From: Terriglobales bacterium
GTDB taxonomy: Bacteria > Acidobacteriota > Terriglobia > Terriglobales > Acidobacteriaceae
Assembly: GCA_035489695.1 (NCBI GenBank)
Contig: DATHJP010000082.1
Location: forward strand, 1-36,786
Reading direction: 5' to 3'
Length of the DNA stretch: 36,786 bases
Shown here: positions 8,398 to 17,789 of the stretch, in pieces
Position numbering within the stretch: position 1 is the stretch's first letter
Layout: every line of letters begins with the position of its first letter
Translations under genes and position numbers: made by a program
Notes under the pieces: generated by a model
The model's input: only the letters and a program-made list of their open reading frames with translations
Databases searched by the model: none
What the model was told of the DNA's origin: nothing

Positions 8398-8698
8398 TGA
8401 TCGGATCCACCAGCTTCGGTACTGCGATAAGTGTTTTCTTGGACTTTCTAAGTCTCACGTTCCGGGCTCTGGTTGGGCATCGTGCGGCCATTGACTCCCA
8501 TCTAAGGGCGGGGGTACCCTAAACCCAATGGTAGTTGCTTGCACCTCGGGAGCGAGCACCTCGACTGGTTTTATCTCCAGACAGCAGAATAGTTTGTGCG
8601 TAAACGGGCTTATTGGCCGCCACGGGCGGGGCTATGCCCGGGCATCCAGGAACTCTGACACAAAGACTACAGGCGGGAGGGAAGCGCCCTATAACTGA

Positions 8699-9763
8699 AT
8701 GAAGAAGAAGATCGATATCACCCCTAACATTGAAACCTTATTCGGCACGCGGGACGAGAATCTGCACGTGCTGGAAGACGGCCTGAACATCGGCATTGAC
8801 TTGCGCTCCGATTCCATCGAATTGGAGGGAGCAGCGCGCGATGTCGCCCGGGCCGAGCAAGTTTTTGCCGATTACGATCACCTGCAACGTTCCGGATTTA
8901 CTTTCAACAATGGCGATTTAAACAGCATGCTGCGTGTCTTGATGGCTGATCCCAAGACCACGCTGCGGGGCTTGGCGGAAGCGGGACGGCAGCGCTCGCT
9001 CGGTCGTCGTACGGTGCAGCCCAAGAGCGTCAACCAGCGTCGCTATCTGGAAGCCATCGAGAACCACGACATGGTGTTCGGCATCGGCCCAGCAGGTACC
9101 GGTAAAACCTATCTTGCCGTCGCCATGGCCATTTCCGCGCTGCTGTCGAAACGCGTGAATCGGATCATCCTGGCGCGTCCGGCTGTGGAGGCGGGCGAAC
9201 GCCTGGGCTTCCTCCCGGGAACTCTGCAGGACAAGATCGATCCCTATCTGCGGCCTTTATACGACGCCCTCTATGACATGCTCGAACCGGAGAAGGTAGA
9301 TCGTTATCTGGAAAAGAATGTGATTGAGATAGCCCCCATCGCCTTCATGCGGGGGCGCACGCTTAACGATTCTTTCGTAATTTTGGACGAGGCGCAGAAC
9401 ACGACCTCAGAGCAGATGAAAATGTTCGTCACTCGTTTGGGTTTCAACTCCAAAGCCGTCATTACCGGCGACGTCACGCAAATTGATCTGCCGAATGCGC
9501 GGCGTAGCGGTCTGCTCGAAGCGGCGGATGTTTTGAAGCACGTCGAAGGTCTGACATTTGTATACTTCGATGAAAGCGATGTGGTGCGGCATCACCTGGT
9601 ACAGCGCATCATTCGCGCTTACGATGAGCACAAAACTCGGGTAGCGGAAGAGGCCGTGCTGCGCGAATCGCACAACGGCGCCAATGGAAAGCCTGCAGTG
9701 ACCAACTCATTGCCCCAGGAAAAGACTGCAACATTTCCTGCGCAAGCAGAAACTAAGGAATAA
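8699..9763 (+). CDS. phoH: PhoH-family ATPase (YbeZ-like)
   Basis: Contains Walker [14 protein letters not shown] and the ILDEAQN Walker B block. The phoH-ybeY-corC-era neighbourhood is conserved. Confidence 0.9.
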   Translation: MKKKIDITPNIETLFGTRDENLHVLEDGLNIGIDLRSDSIELEGAARDVARAEQVFADYDHLQRSGFTFNNGDLNSMLRVLMADPKTTLRGLAEAGRQRSLGRRTVQPKSVNQRRYLEAIENHDMVFGIGPAGTGKTYLAVAMAISALLSKRVNRIILARPAVEAGERLGFLPGTLQDKIDPYLRPLYDALYDMLEPEKVDRYLEKNVIEIAPIAFMRGRTLNDSFVILDEAQNTTSEQMKMFVTRLGFNSKAVITGDVTQIDLPNARRSGLLEAADVLKHVEGLTFVYFDESDVVRHHLVQRIIRAYDEHKTRVAEEAVLRESHNGANGKPAVTNSLPQEKTATFPAQAETKE

Positions 9764-9776
9764 AATCCTCTAGACC

Positions 9777-9809
9777 AGGAGGGCCGGGTTCGGTCCTCCT
9801 ATTTATTTT
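9777..9809 (+). terminator. intrinsic terminator after phoH
   Basis: AGGAGGGCC-GGGTTC-GGTCCTCCT forms a 9-bp stem with one G-U pair, followed by ATTTATTTT. Confidence 0.6.
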
Positions 9810-9845
9810 GGAACACGAGGATCGGAATATTTCCCAGGAACGAGC

Positions 9846-10430
9846 TTGATCATTGTTCGAAAAAATGTCGCAGGGCTAAGCGAGATCGCTTTGGCGCGAT
9901 TTGTGACTCGTGCCCGCCTCGCCGCCCGTTTGCATGGTGCGGTGAACGTGCTGCTTACCAGCAACTCGGAATTGCGAGCATTGAACAGCCGCTTTCGCGG
10001 AAAAGACCGGCCCACCGATGTGCTGTCCTTCCCGCCAGTCTTCGGACTGGGGAATGCATTCGCCGGCGATGTGGCGATTTCAGCAGAGATGGCGGCCCAT
10101 AATGCGCGTCGGCTCGGACATTCACCAGCGGAAGAGGTTGAAATTCTGGTGTTGCATGGACTGTTGCATCTCGCCGGGTATGACCATGAGCGCGATCATG
10201 GCGAGATGGCGCGCACAGAAGAGCGCTTGCGGAGGGCTCTGCATCTGCCAGCAGGCCTGATTGACAGAAGCAGCCAGCCGCAAGCGAATGGCGCCGAACG
10301 CAAGGCGCGTTCACCGATTACCACGATGCAACGAAAAAGTGTACGCAAGCGCGTCGCCCAATCTGCTTCTTCAAGCAATAAATTTGCGATGGCAAGAGCC
10401 AGCAAACGCCGCGCAACGCGGGTACGATGA
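9846..10430 (+). CDS. ybeY: rRNA maturation endoribonuclease YbeY with a basic C-terminal extension
   Basis: TTG start. It has the zinc motif HGLLHLAGYDHE. About 54 residues extend beyond the usual YbeY end. Confidence 0.85.
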   Translation: MIIVRKNVAGLSEIALARFVTRARLAARLHGAVNVLLTSNSELRALNSRFRGKDRPTDVLSFPPVFGLGNAFAGDVAISAEMAAHNARRLGHSPAEEVEILVLHGLLHLAGYDHERDHGEMARTEERLRRALHLPAGLIDRSSQPQANGAERKARSPITTMQRKSVRKRVAQSASSSNKFAMARASKRRATRVR

Positions 10431-11692
10431 ACTTCGCCATTGCCATCGCGATTGTGGGGCTCCTGGGCGCGCTGACCCTCGTTTCCTACGTCGACCGGCT
10501 CTATACCGAGATCGGTAGATTCCTGTCCCGTGAATTTCAGGACAACCTCAACGCCTTTGAGCTGAAGGTCGAGCCCAAACTTGGCGTGAGCCGGAACCGG
10601 GCTGCGCTTTCCATGGCGATTCTGACGCAATTGATCACCGCTTCAATCGCTTTGCTGTTGGGCTACGCCGTATTTAGAGACCAGGATTGGAGCGGACACG
10701 AGATTCTGGAAATCATCTTGAGCCTCATCCTGATCGTCATTGTGTTCAACCGCTTTTTGCCTTTTGTATTCTTCTCGCGCACGAAGGGTCAGTGGCTTGC
10801 CCGCTGGACGCTGTTGCTGCGAATTCTTATTTACGTCGTCTTGCCCGTAACCCTGGTGTTGGGCTTTTTGCAGTCGGTCGCAGCGTTGACCCGGGAACAT
10901 TCAGAGGAGCAGCCCGAGACCCACACTGAAGCAGTGGACGCGCTGATTGAGGCAGGCCGGGAAGAAGGTATTCTCCACGAGAGTAATCGCGATTTAATCC
11001 AGTCAGTGGTGGAGTTCGGCGAGAAAACCGTCCGGGAAGCCATGAAGCCGCGGCCGGAAATTGTCGCCGTCCCTACCAACACCACGGTAGAACAATTCAT
11101 CGAACTGTTGCGTGCCAAGCCATTCTCTCGGGTCCCGGTTTTCGACGGAACCATTCACAACATCGTAGGCATCGTCCACGCCCAGGACGTGCTACAAGTT
11201 CCAGACAGCGAAGCTCACACCCGGACCGTGGACTCGCTGATGCGCAAGGACGTGTATTTTGTCCCCGAAAGCAAGCTGGGCAGCGATTTGCTTCGCGAGA
11301 TGCAGAACAACAATATCCGCATGGCCATTGTTGTCGACGAATATGGCGGCGTCGCAGGACTGGTGACCATCGAAGACCTGGTAGAAGAAATTGTCGGAGA
11401 GATTCGCGACGAACACGAAAAAGCTGAAGTCATTCGGGAAAACGAGCATTCCTATATCGTGCCGGGCAACATGGACGTGGACCGGCTGGGTGAACTGCTA
11501 GGCGTCCGTCCCGAGGATAAAGAGTCGGCCACGGTAGCAGGACTGGTAAGCGAACTAGCCGGTCGCATTCCGCGAAAGGGCGAAGTGATCGAAGATGACG
11601 GATTGCGTTTCGAAGTCCTGGAGGCGACGCAGCGGCGCGTGGAGCGCGTGCGAATCTCGGTGGCCCAACCCAGACAGATGAAGCTGATATAG
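10427..11692 (+). CDS. CNNM/CorC-HlyC family membrane protein (TM region, CBS pair, CorC_HlyC domain)
   Basis: The N-terminal half is multi-TM. A CBS-pair region (VREAMKPRPEIVAV...) is followed by a C-terminal CorC/HlyC-like transporter-associated domain. The start overlaps the ybeY stop (ATGA). Confidence 0.8.
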   Translation: MNFAIAIAIVGLLGALTLVSYVDRLYTEIGRFLSREFQDNLNAFELKVEPKLGVSRNRAALSMAILTQLITASIALLLGYAVFRDQDWSGHEILEIILSLILIVIVFNRFLPFVFFSRTKGQWLARWTLLLRILIYVVLPVTLVLGFLQSVAALTREHSEEQPETHTEAVDALIEAGREEGILHESNRDLIQSVVEFGEKTVREAMKPRPEIVAVPTNTTVEQFIELLRAKPFSRVPVFDGTIHNIVGIVHAQDVLQVPDSEAHTRTVDSLMRKDVYFVPESKLGSDLLREMQNNNIRMAIVVDEYGGVAGLVTIEDLVEEIVGEIRDEHEKAEVIRENEHSYIVPGNMDVDRLGELLGVRPEDKESATVAGLVSELAGRIPRKGEVIEDDGLRFEVLEATQRRVERVRISVAQPRQMKLI

Positions 11693-11701
11693 TCCTGCCA
11701 G

Positions 11702-12640
11702 ATGTCTTTTCGCTCCGGATTCGTTTGCATCCTCGGCCGTCCCAACGCCGGCAAATCAACTTTGTTGAACAAACTCGTAGGCCAGAAGCTGGCGATCATC
11801 AGTCCCAAACCGCAGACTACGCGTAATCGTATTCTCGGGATCGTGCACATTCCCAAAAAAAAGGGAAGACCGGCAGCTCAGGTTATCCTCATTGACACTC
11901 CAGGAGTGCATACCCCGGACAGTTCGCTGGGGCGGAAAATGATGGGAGATGTCCGCGATGCTATGCAAGGCTGCAACCTCGTTCTCTGGATAGTGGATGC
12001 GACACGAAAGCATTCGGCTGACGATCAGATCGTGCTCGACATTGTGCGAAAGTCAGGAACGCCGGTATTTCTGCTGCTGAACAAAATTGATTTGCTGCGC
12101 GAAAAAGGAAAGCTCCTCCCCGTCATTGAGGCATACCGCAGTCTGTACCCTTTCAAAGAGATCATCCCAATGTCTGCGCTGAAAGGTGAAGGTCTCGATG
12201 TTCTCCTGGACAAACTGGTCGAAAACCTGCCGGAAGGGCCGCGTTATTTTCCAGATGACCAGGTAACGGATCAGCCCATCCGCTTCATGGTGGCTGAGGC
12301 TATCCGCGAGCAGGTCTTGATGGCGACCAGCGAAGAGGTGCCACACGCCACCACCGTTCTAATCGAGCAATTTGAGGAAGGGGCAAAACTGACACGCATC
12401 GCGGCCGCGATCTACTGTGAACGCGAAGGGCAAAAGAGAATTCTGGTTGGCAAAGGCGGACAGATGCTAAAGAAAATCGGTACAGCCGCCCGTTTGCAGA
12501 TCGAAACAATGGTGGGCACGCGAGTGTTTTTGGAGCTTTTCGTGAAGGTCAGGCCGGACTGGCGGGAGTCACACGGTTTCGTACAAGAGTTGGATTGGCG
12601 ACGTGAGTTGGCGCTTCTGGCAGGACCGGAAAAGACCTAA
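11702..12640 (+). CDS. era: GTPase Era
   Basis: Has G1 GRPNAGKST, G3 DTPG, G4 NKID and a C-terminal KH domain. Confidence 0.95.
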   Translation: MSFRSGFVCILGRPNAGKSTLLNKLVGQKLAIISPKPQTTRNRILGIVHIPKKKGRPAAQVILIDTPGVHTPDSSLGRKMMGDVRDAMQGCNLVLWIVDATRKHSADDQIVLDIVRKSGTPVFLLLNKIDLLREKGKLLPVIEAYRSLYPFKEIIPMSALKGEGLDVLLDKLVENLPEGPRYFPDDQVTDQPIRFMVAEAIREQVLMATSEEVPHATTVLIEQFEEGAKLTRIAAAIYCEREGQKRILVGKGGQMLKKIGTAARLQIETMVGTRVFLELFVKVRPDWRESHGFVQELDWRRELALLAGPEKT

Positions 12641-12678
12641 ACCTGCACTTCCGTCACATCGGACAAAACCGCCGGTTG

Positions 12679-12706
12679 TTGCTGTAACGGCGCAATCTTG
12701 TAGAAT
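12679..12706 (+). promoter_or_regulatory. putative sigma70-type promoter for the RsbW-like gene
   Basis: TTGCTG (12679-12684), then 16 nt, then TAGAAT (12701-12706). Confidence 0.35.
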
Positions 12707-12746
12707 CGAGAGTTGACGCTATCAGAGACACTCGCACTACCGGACC

Positions 12747-13190
12747 ATGTCCAGCGAACTAACGACTTGTAATTTTGATGCCGGCAAATTGATTTTGAAG
12801 CTGCGGGTCAGCCTCGCGGCGGATAAGAATGCCATCGATCCCGTGGTCCGCGGGGTGATGGATCTGGTAAAGCAGAATCATTGTGCCACCGGCAAAGAAG
12901 ATGCGATTGAGGTGGCATTGACCGAAGCCTTAGCCAACGCCGTGGTACACGGTGCTCAGGCTGATGCTACCAAGATTGTCGAATGCGATGTGGCCTGTGA
13001 TGATAAGCAGCAGATCCTGATCGTGGTGCGCGATCCCGGCAAAGGTTTTGATCCCGCAGTGATCCCCAGTCCCATCCAAGGACAGAATATTTACTCCGAC
13101 CACGGCCGTGGAATTTATCTCATCAACCAACTCATGGACGAAGTGAAGTTCCTCAAGAACGGCACCGAGATCCACATGATCAAGCGGTAA
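12747..13190 (+). CDS. RsbW/SpoIIAB-like anti-sigma-factor serine kinase (HATPase_c_2)
   Basis: 147 aa. It has an N-box-like EALANAVVHG and G-box-like blocks DPGKGFD and GRGIYLI. Confidence 0.7.
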   Translation: MSSELTTCNFDAGKLILKLRVSLAADKNAIDPVVRGVMDLVKQNHCATGKEDAIEVALTEALANAVVHGAQADATKIVECDVACDDKQQILIVVRDPGKGFDPAVIPSPIQGQNIYSDHGRGIYLINQLMDEVKFLKNGTEIHMIKR

Positions 13191-13191
13191 C

Positions 13192-13212
13192 CTGGAAACT
13201 GGAGACCAGAAA
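13192..13212 (+). repeat. heptad array C: CTGGAAA CTGGAGA CCAGAAA
   Basis: Three in-register heptads occupy most of the 26-nt convergent spacer. Confidence 0.6.
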
Positions 13213-13216
13213 GTAA

Positions 13217-14572
13217 TCACTCTTTGGCAGCAATCCCCAAAGTTTTCATCTTCCGATACAGGTGGCTGCGTTCCAGTCCCAACACCTCGGCAGTGCGGCT
13301 GACGTTCCCGTGATTCTCATCGAGCTTTTTCAGGATGTAATCTCGTTCGTAGGCAGCGCGGGCCTGATGCAAAGTAGAAAACTCGCTGCCCGCGGCGCCA
13401 CGACTGCCATCCCGATGAACTAACGGAGGCAAGTGTTTGCGGTCGAAACGCGTTGTCGTGGGATTCATGATGACAATGCGCTCGATCACGTTGCGAAGTT
13501 CGCGCACGTTGCCCGGCCATGAATAACGCATCAACGTTTCAATCGCGTCATCACTGATCTCGCGCGGCCGGCGTCCGTATGCTGCCGAGAATTCCTTTAG
13601 GAAGTGGCGAGCCAGCAGAGGAACGTCTTCTTGCCGTTCTCGCAATGGAGGAACCGAGAAGGGAATCACGTTCAGACGATAGAACAAATCCTCGCGAAAG
13701 TTTCCCTTGGAGATTTCTTCCTCCAGATCTTTATTGGTCGAGGCAATCACGCGCACGTCCACGGTGATCGGCTCATCGCTTCCAACCGGCGTAAACCGCT
13801 GCTCTTCCAGCGTGCGCAACACCTTGGATTGAGTCTTCAGGCTCATGTCCCCGATTTCATCGAGGAAAAGAGTGCCGCCGTGCGCTTTCTGGAATTTGCC
13901 TTCTTTGTCGAGGGTGACGGGCGGAAAAGATCCTTTGCGGTGGCCAAATAGCTCGCTTTCGATAAGGTCCTCCGGGATCGCCGCACAGTTCACTTCCACG
14001 AACATCTCATCTTTGCGCAAACTTTGAGCGTGAATCGCGTGGGCTACCAATTCCTTACCAGTACCGGATTCGCCATACACAAGAACACGACCATTGGTAG
14101 GCGCCATGAGTTGAATCTGCTGGCGCAGCGCTTTCATTGGAATACTCTCGCCGACTATGACACTTCTGGGGCTGAGCTGCTTCTTGAGATCGCGGTTTTC
14201 CAGGCGAAGACGCTTGGCATCAATCGCATTTTTGAGCAGGATGAGTGTCTTGTCGACAGACAGGGGCTTCTCCAGGAAATCGTAGGCCCCAAGCTTGGTG
14301 GCGCGGACCGCGGTTTCAATGGTCCCGTGTCCGGAAATCATGATGACCTCGGGAGCATTATCGGTCTCGCGAATTTTCTCCAGAGTCTCCAGGCCGTCCA
14401 TTCCAGGCAGCCAGACATCCAGCAGCACGACATCGAAGGCGCGCTTACGCAGGACTTCCAGGCAGGTCTCACCGCTCTCCGCGGTTGAAATCTTGTAACC
14501 CTCGTCTTCCAGCACGCCCTGAAGTGACTGCCGGATACTGGATTCGTCATCCACGATGAGAATGTTATGCAT
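13217..14572 (-). CDS. ntrX: NtrC-family response regulator (REC, AAA+, Fis-type HTH), NtrX-like
   Basis: Start taken at MHNILIVDDE (ATG at 14572), which overlaps the kinase stop by 8 nt (ATGCATAA). It has Walker A GESGTGKELVAHAIH and a C-terminal HTH. The GAFTGA loop is degenerate (KGSFPPV). Confidence 0.85.
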   Translation of the reverse strand: MHNILIVDDESSIRQSLQGVLEDEGYKISTAESGETCLEVLRKRAFDVVLLDVWLPGMDGLETLEKIRETDNAPEVIMISGHGTIETAVRATKLGAYDFLEKPLSVDKTLILLKNAIDAKRLRLENRDLKKQLSPRSVIVGESIPMKALRQQIQLMAPTNGRVLVYGESGTGKELVAHAIHAQSLRKDEMFVEVNCAAIPEDLIESELFGHRKGSFPPVTLDKEGKFQKAHGGTLFLDEIGDMSLKTQSKVLRTLEEQRFTPVGSDEPITVDVRVIASTNKDLEEEISKGNFREDLFYRLNVIPFSVPPLRERQEDVPLLARHFLKEFSAAYGRRPREISDDAIETLMRYSWPGNVRELRNVIERIVIMNPTTTRFDRKHLPPLVHRDGSRGAAGSEFSTLHQARAAYERDYILKKLDENHGNVSRTAEVLGLERSHLYRKMKTLGIAAKE

Positions 14573-16817
14573 GCTGGACAACGATAGGCACTGAAATGTT
14601 TTCGGAAGCCACCGGCAACTCAACTACAAACTTGGTTCCCACTGGCCGGTTTTCCTCTACTCGAATCGAGCCGCGATGGTCTTCGATGATGCGGTTCACG
14701 ATGGCCAAGCCCAAACCTGTCCCTCGTTTCTTGGTGGAGAAGTAGGGGAGAAAAAGCCGCTCCTTTAATTCCTGCGTGACACCATGGCCGGTATCGGAAA
14801 CTGCGACCTCGATGGCATCGCGACTGGCCACCAGGGATGTGGAAATCTGAATCTCGCGCAACATCGAACCCTGCATAGCTTCGGCAGCATTGTCGACCAG
14901 ATTGGCCAATGCCCGCTTCATAGCTTCCGGGTCAGCCATTACGCGTGGCAGATTCGGCGCCAGAAAAGTCTGTACGCGGATGTTATCCAGGCGGCCATTG
15001 AACATGGCCAGCGCGCTCTCCACAATGGAATTGATGTTGGCAGGCTGAGGCTGGGCGGTCGGAAATCGCGCCAGAGTTGAAAACTCGTCCACCAGAGTAC
15101 GCACCGTTTCCACGGATGCGGCAATAGTTGCGGCACAGTCATCGAGCACGTGGCGCGACCCCGGATCCAGACGCGTACCACGCTCCAGATGCCGCCGGAT
15201 GCGTTCCGCAGAGAGCGCAATCGGCGTGAGCGGATTCTTTATCTCATGAGCCACGCGGCGTGCCACCTCACGCCAAGCAGCTTGCTTCTGAGCCTTCAAC
15301 AGATCGGACAAATCTTCAAATACCAGAACATATCCCAAACTCTGACCCTCATGCTGAAGAGTCGCCACCGTGACCGCGACATTAAGTTTCGCCGGCTGCA
15401 GAACCATTTCCAACTGTGTAGTGGTTGTGCTCATGCGCTCAGCACGCCGCAGCAGTGGCTCCAGATCCTCAAGGATGTCGGCGGCGAACAAGTCACGAAG
15501 TTCAGCGCCGATCAATCCCTCGAGCACGCTGGATTCCGCTCCCACCGGATGGAACATACGCAGCAGCGCATGGTTCAGGTGGGTAACCCGGCGGTTCGCA
15601 TCCAGTGAGAGCACGCCGGTAGGAATGCTCTCCAGGATAGTTTCGATGTGTCTGCGTCGCTGCTCCAAAGCGACGTTGGCGGCGCCAAGATCGCGACTGG
15701 AAGCCTCAATCTGTCGTCGGCTCGCTTCCAGGTCCTCGGCCATCCGGTTGAACGATCGCACCAGATCTCCGATCTCGTCGGCCGCCCGAATCTCTACCCG
15801 GTAATCAAGTCGGCCGCGTGAAATCTCCTGCGTCGCTTCAGCCAGCGCGACTACTGGACGCGTAACCAGTTTGGAGAGAAACAGCGCCAGCCAGGTGGTT
15901 GCGAAAAGCACCAGGACCGTCAGCAGGAGCAGCAGCCCCATGTAGGTTCGACGCAGAAGTTTGCGTTCGCGACTAAGTTCGAAATATCGCTTTTGGCTGG
16001 TTTCCAGCTGCTTCACTGTCTGAGAAAATTTCTCGGGTAACGGCATAGCGATCAGAATCATGCCGTGCTCTCCTACCGGAGCCGTCCCCAGAATGTAGTC
16101 AGTCTGTTCCCAACTTAAATGTACGGGAAGGTCCGACGTGATTCGCTCCCAGGGGATCTTGGATTTGAGCAACGGCCAGGGAGCTGGGGCGCCGAAGCTG
16201 GCCTCGGCATTTCCGTCCTGAATGGCCAACGCGAACCCGCCTTGCAGAGTGAGTTCATGTTCTCGAAACTGGTTCATCACAACCGAAAAACTGTGTCCTG
16301 AAAAAGCATGTTGAGTCTCTGCCGAGGAGGCAATCGAATTAGCTTCGGAACGCGCGTTCTGCGCCGCGTACTTCGAGAGTAGCGACGCCATGGCCGAGGT
16401 GTCCTCGCGCACTTCTTCCACTGGCCGCGAGAACCACTTGTCGATGGATCGGTTCATCAGCCCGTAAGTGAACCAGAACATCACAATCACGGGAAGCAAG
16501 GAAAGCATGAGCCCGCCAACTACCAGGCGAGTTCGGAATTTCGATCCCAGAACGCCCAGCCGCCGTTCCGCAAAAAGCTTCAGCAGATTGCGGGCTAACA
16601 CGAAAGTCAACGCTACAAAGAGGAGAAAGATAACGGCCGAGAGCGCGGCAAAGAACAGGAGTTGCTGATTGGTGTCAGGGTTCAGAAACGGCAGATCGAA
16701 AGAAGACTGTGAGAGAAGCAGCCCAAACAGCAGCAAGATCCCGATAACCAGCAGGATAATAGCTTTCTTGCGGCCTGATGTTTTTCCTGCTGGGCGGATT
16801 GGGTTGACCGTGGACAC
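14565..16817 (-). CDS. ntrY: sensor histidine kinase, NtrY-like (N-terminal TM bundle, HAMP, PAS, HisKA, HATPase)
   Basis: GTG start, 750 aa. The segment GSKFRTRLVVGGLMLSLLPVIVMFWF is typical of the NtrY N-terminus. It has H-box VAHEIKNPLTPI plus DTGHGV and GTGLGLAIV boxes. Confidence 0.8.
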   Translation of the reverse strand: MSTVNPIRPAGKTSGRKKAIILLVIGILLLFGLLLSQSSFDLPFLNPDTNQQLLFFAALSAVIFLLFVALTFVLARNLLKLFAERRLGVLGSKFRTRLVVGGLMLSLLPVIVMFWFTYGLMNRSIDKWFSRPVEEVREDTSAMASLLSKYAAQNARSEANSIASSAETQHAFSGHSFSVVMNQFREHELTLQGGFALAIQDGNAEASFGAPAPWPLLKSKIPWERITSDLPVHLSWEQTDYILGTAPVGEHGMILIAMPLPEKFSQTVKQLETSQKRYFELSRERKLLRRTYMGLLLLLTVLVLFATTWLALFLSKLVTRPVVALAEATQEISRGRLDYRVEIRAADEIGDLVRSFNRMAEDLEASRRQIEASSRDLGAANVALEQRRRHIETILESIPTGVLSLDANRRVTHLNHALLRMFHPVGAESSVLEGLIGAELRDLFAADILEDLEPLLRRAERMSTTTTQLEMVLQPAKLNVAVTVATLQHEGQSLGYVLVFEDLSDLLKAQKQAAWREVARRVAHEIKNPLTPIALSAERIRRHLERGTRLDPGSRHVLDDCAATIAASVETVRTLVDEFSTLARFPTAQPQPANINSIVESALAMFNGRLDNIRVQTFLAPNLPRVMADPEAMKRALANLVDNAAEAMQGSMLREIQISTSLVASRDAIEVAVSDTGHGVTQELKERLFLPYFSTKKRGTGLGLAIVNRIIEDHRGSIRVEENRPVGTKFVVELPVASENISVPIVVQHA

Positions 16818-16930
16818 GCTGATAATGATCCCTCTCGAACCGAATCATCCAGACATAAGTGCCGGGGGCTGAGCGTTCATTATAAGCCGGACGTGCATTT
16901 ATCCACGAACGCAGCGAGCAGTCGAACCCA

Positions 16931-16958
16931 CTGACTACTGCCCACTGGCCACTTGTTA
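16931..16958 (+). repeat. heptad array J: CTGACTA CTGCCCA CTGGCCA CTTGTTA
   Basis: Four in-register CTGNNNA heptads lie between two minus-strand genes. Confidence 0.6.
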
Positions 16959-16973
16959 TATGTTTGAGATTGC

Positions 16974-17789
16974 CTATCTCCACGTCGATGCTTGTGGGAG
17001 AAATGATTGCAGCGGGCACGTCTCACAGCGCGGTTGTGACTTCAAACAATAGTTCTTGCCCACGCCCACGATCAGTCCGTGCATCTCATTGTAGATCTGA
17101 ACCAGGGCCGAGCGTTTAGCGGTACTCATTGCCGACGGTCGGTGCGCGGCCCCGACAACTCTGTTTTCAAGTGTCAGTTTCTTACCATGTGCACCCGAAT
17201 CCCTGCGAGACGTACCGCCGCCCTCTGCACTAGCAACTAGGGCGCGTTGAAAAAGTTGGCGGATCTCATCATACGAAGCGTTCGCCGGCAGAATCCCGTG
17301 ACGAGCCAGGATGCGGCGGGTGTAGGTATCGACCACGAATACCGGATGCTGACCCGCGTAAAGCAAAATGGAGTCTGCCGTCTCTGGCCCGACCCCATTC
17401 AGTGCTAGCAATTCATCGCGGAGTTTTTCCGTAGGTTGGGTGAACATGCGATCCAGTGAACCGCCGTAGTGTGCGTCAAGAAATGCCACAAAAGTTTTTA
17501 GCCGACGGGCTTTCTGGCGAAAATACCCCGAAGAACGAATCAACGTTTCCAGCTGCGACAGCGATATATTTCGAACCCCTTTGAGATTCAGCACACCGGC
17601 CGCTCGCATGCTGCACAGAGCAATCTCTACGTTTGTCCACGCGGTGTTCTGTGTCAGATAGGCTCCAACAATGACTTCAAAACGAGTGCGGGCGGGCCAC
17701 CACTGCTGCCGACCCCAGGCGCGAAACAGCGCTTGATAATAGGCTCTGACATGTTCGTGTTGCGAGGGATTGCGCATCTCACCCATCAT
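16974..17789 (-). CDS. HhH-GPD base-excision DNA repair protein (endonuclease III-related)
   Basis: Contains WWPARTRFEVIVGAYLTQNTAWTNVE and the helix-hairpin-helix LNGVGPETADSILLYA. A Cys cluster CLKSQPRCETC lies near the C-terminus. Confidence 0.75.
   Translation of the reverse strand: MMGEMRNPSQHEHVRAYYQALFRAWGRQQWWPARTRFEVIVGAYLTQNTAWTNVEIALCSMRAAGVLNLKGVRNISLSQLETLIRSSGYFRQKARRLKTFVAFLDAHYGGSLDRMFTQPTEKLRDELLALNGVGPETADSILLYAGQHPVFVVDTYTRRILARHGILPANASYDEIRQLFQRALVASAEGGGTSRRDSGAHGKKLTLENRVVGAAHRPSAMSTAKRSALVQIYNEMHGLIVGVGKNYCLKSQPRCETCPLQSFLPQASTWR

Noticed and set aside
8337-8522. 61-aa ORF spanning the end of the AAA+ gene and the following gap.
   Set aside because: It overlaps the AAA+ C-terminus out of frame and has no SD and no recognisable features.
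9786-9796. GGGTTCGGTCC, which resembles a tRNA T-arm.
   Set aside because: It is the loop and 3' arm of the phoH terminator hairpin, and no acceptor, D or anticodon arms surround it. I saw no tRNA, rRNA, tmRNA, RNase P (no GAGGAAAGTCC) or SRP-like motif in the window.
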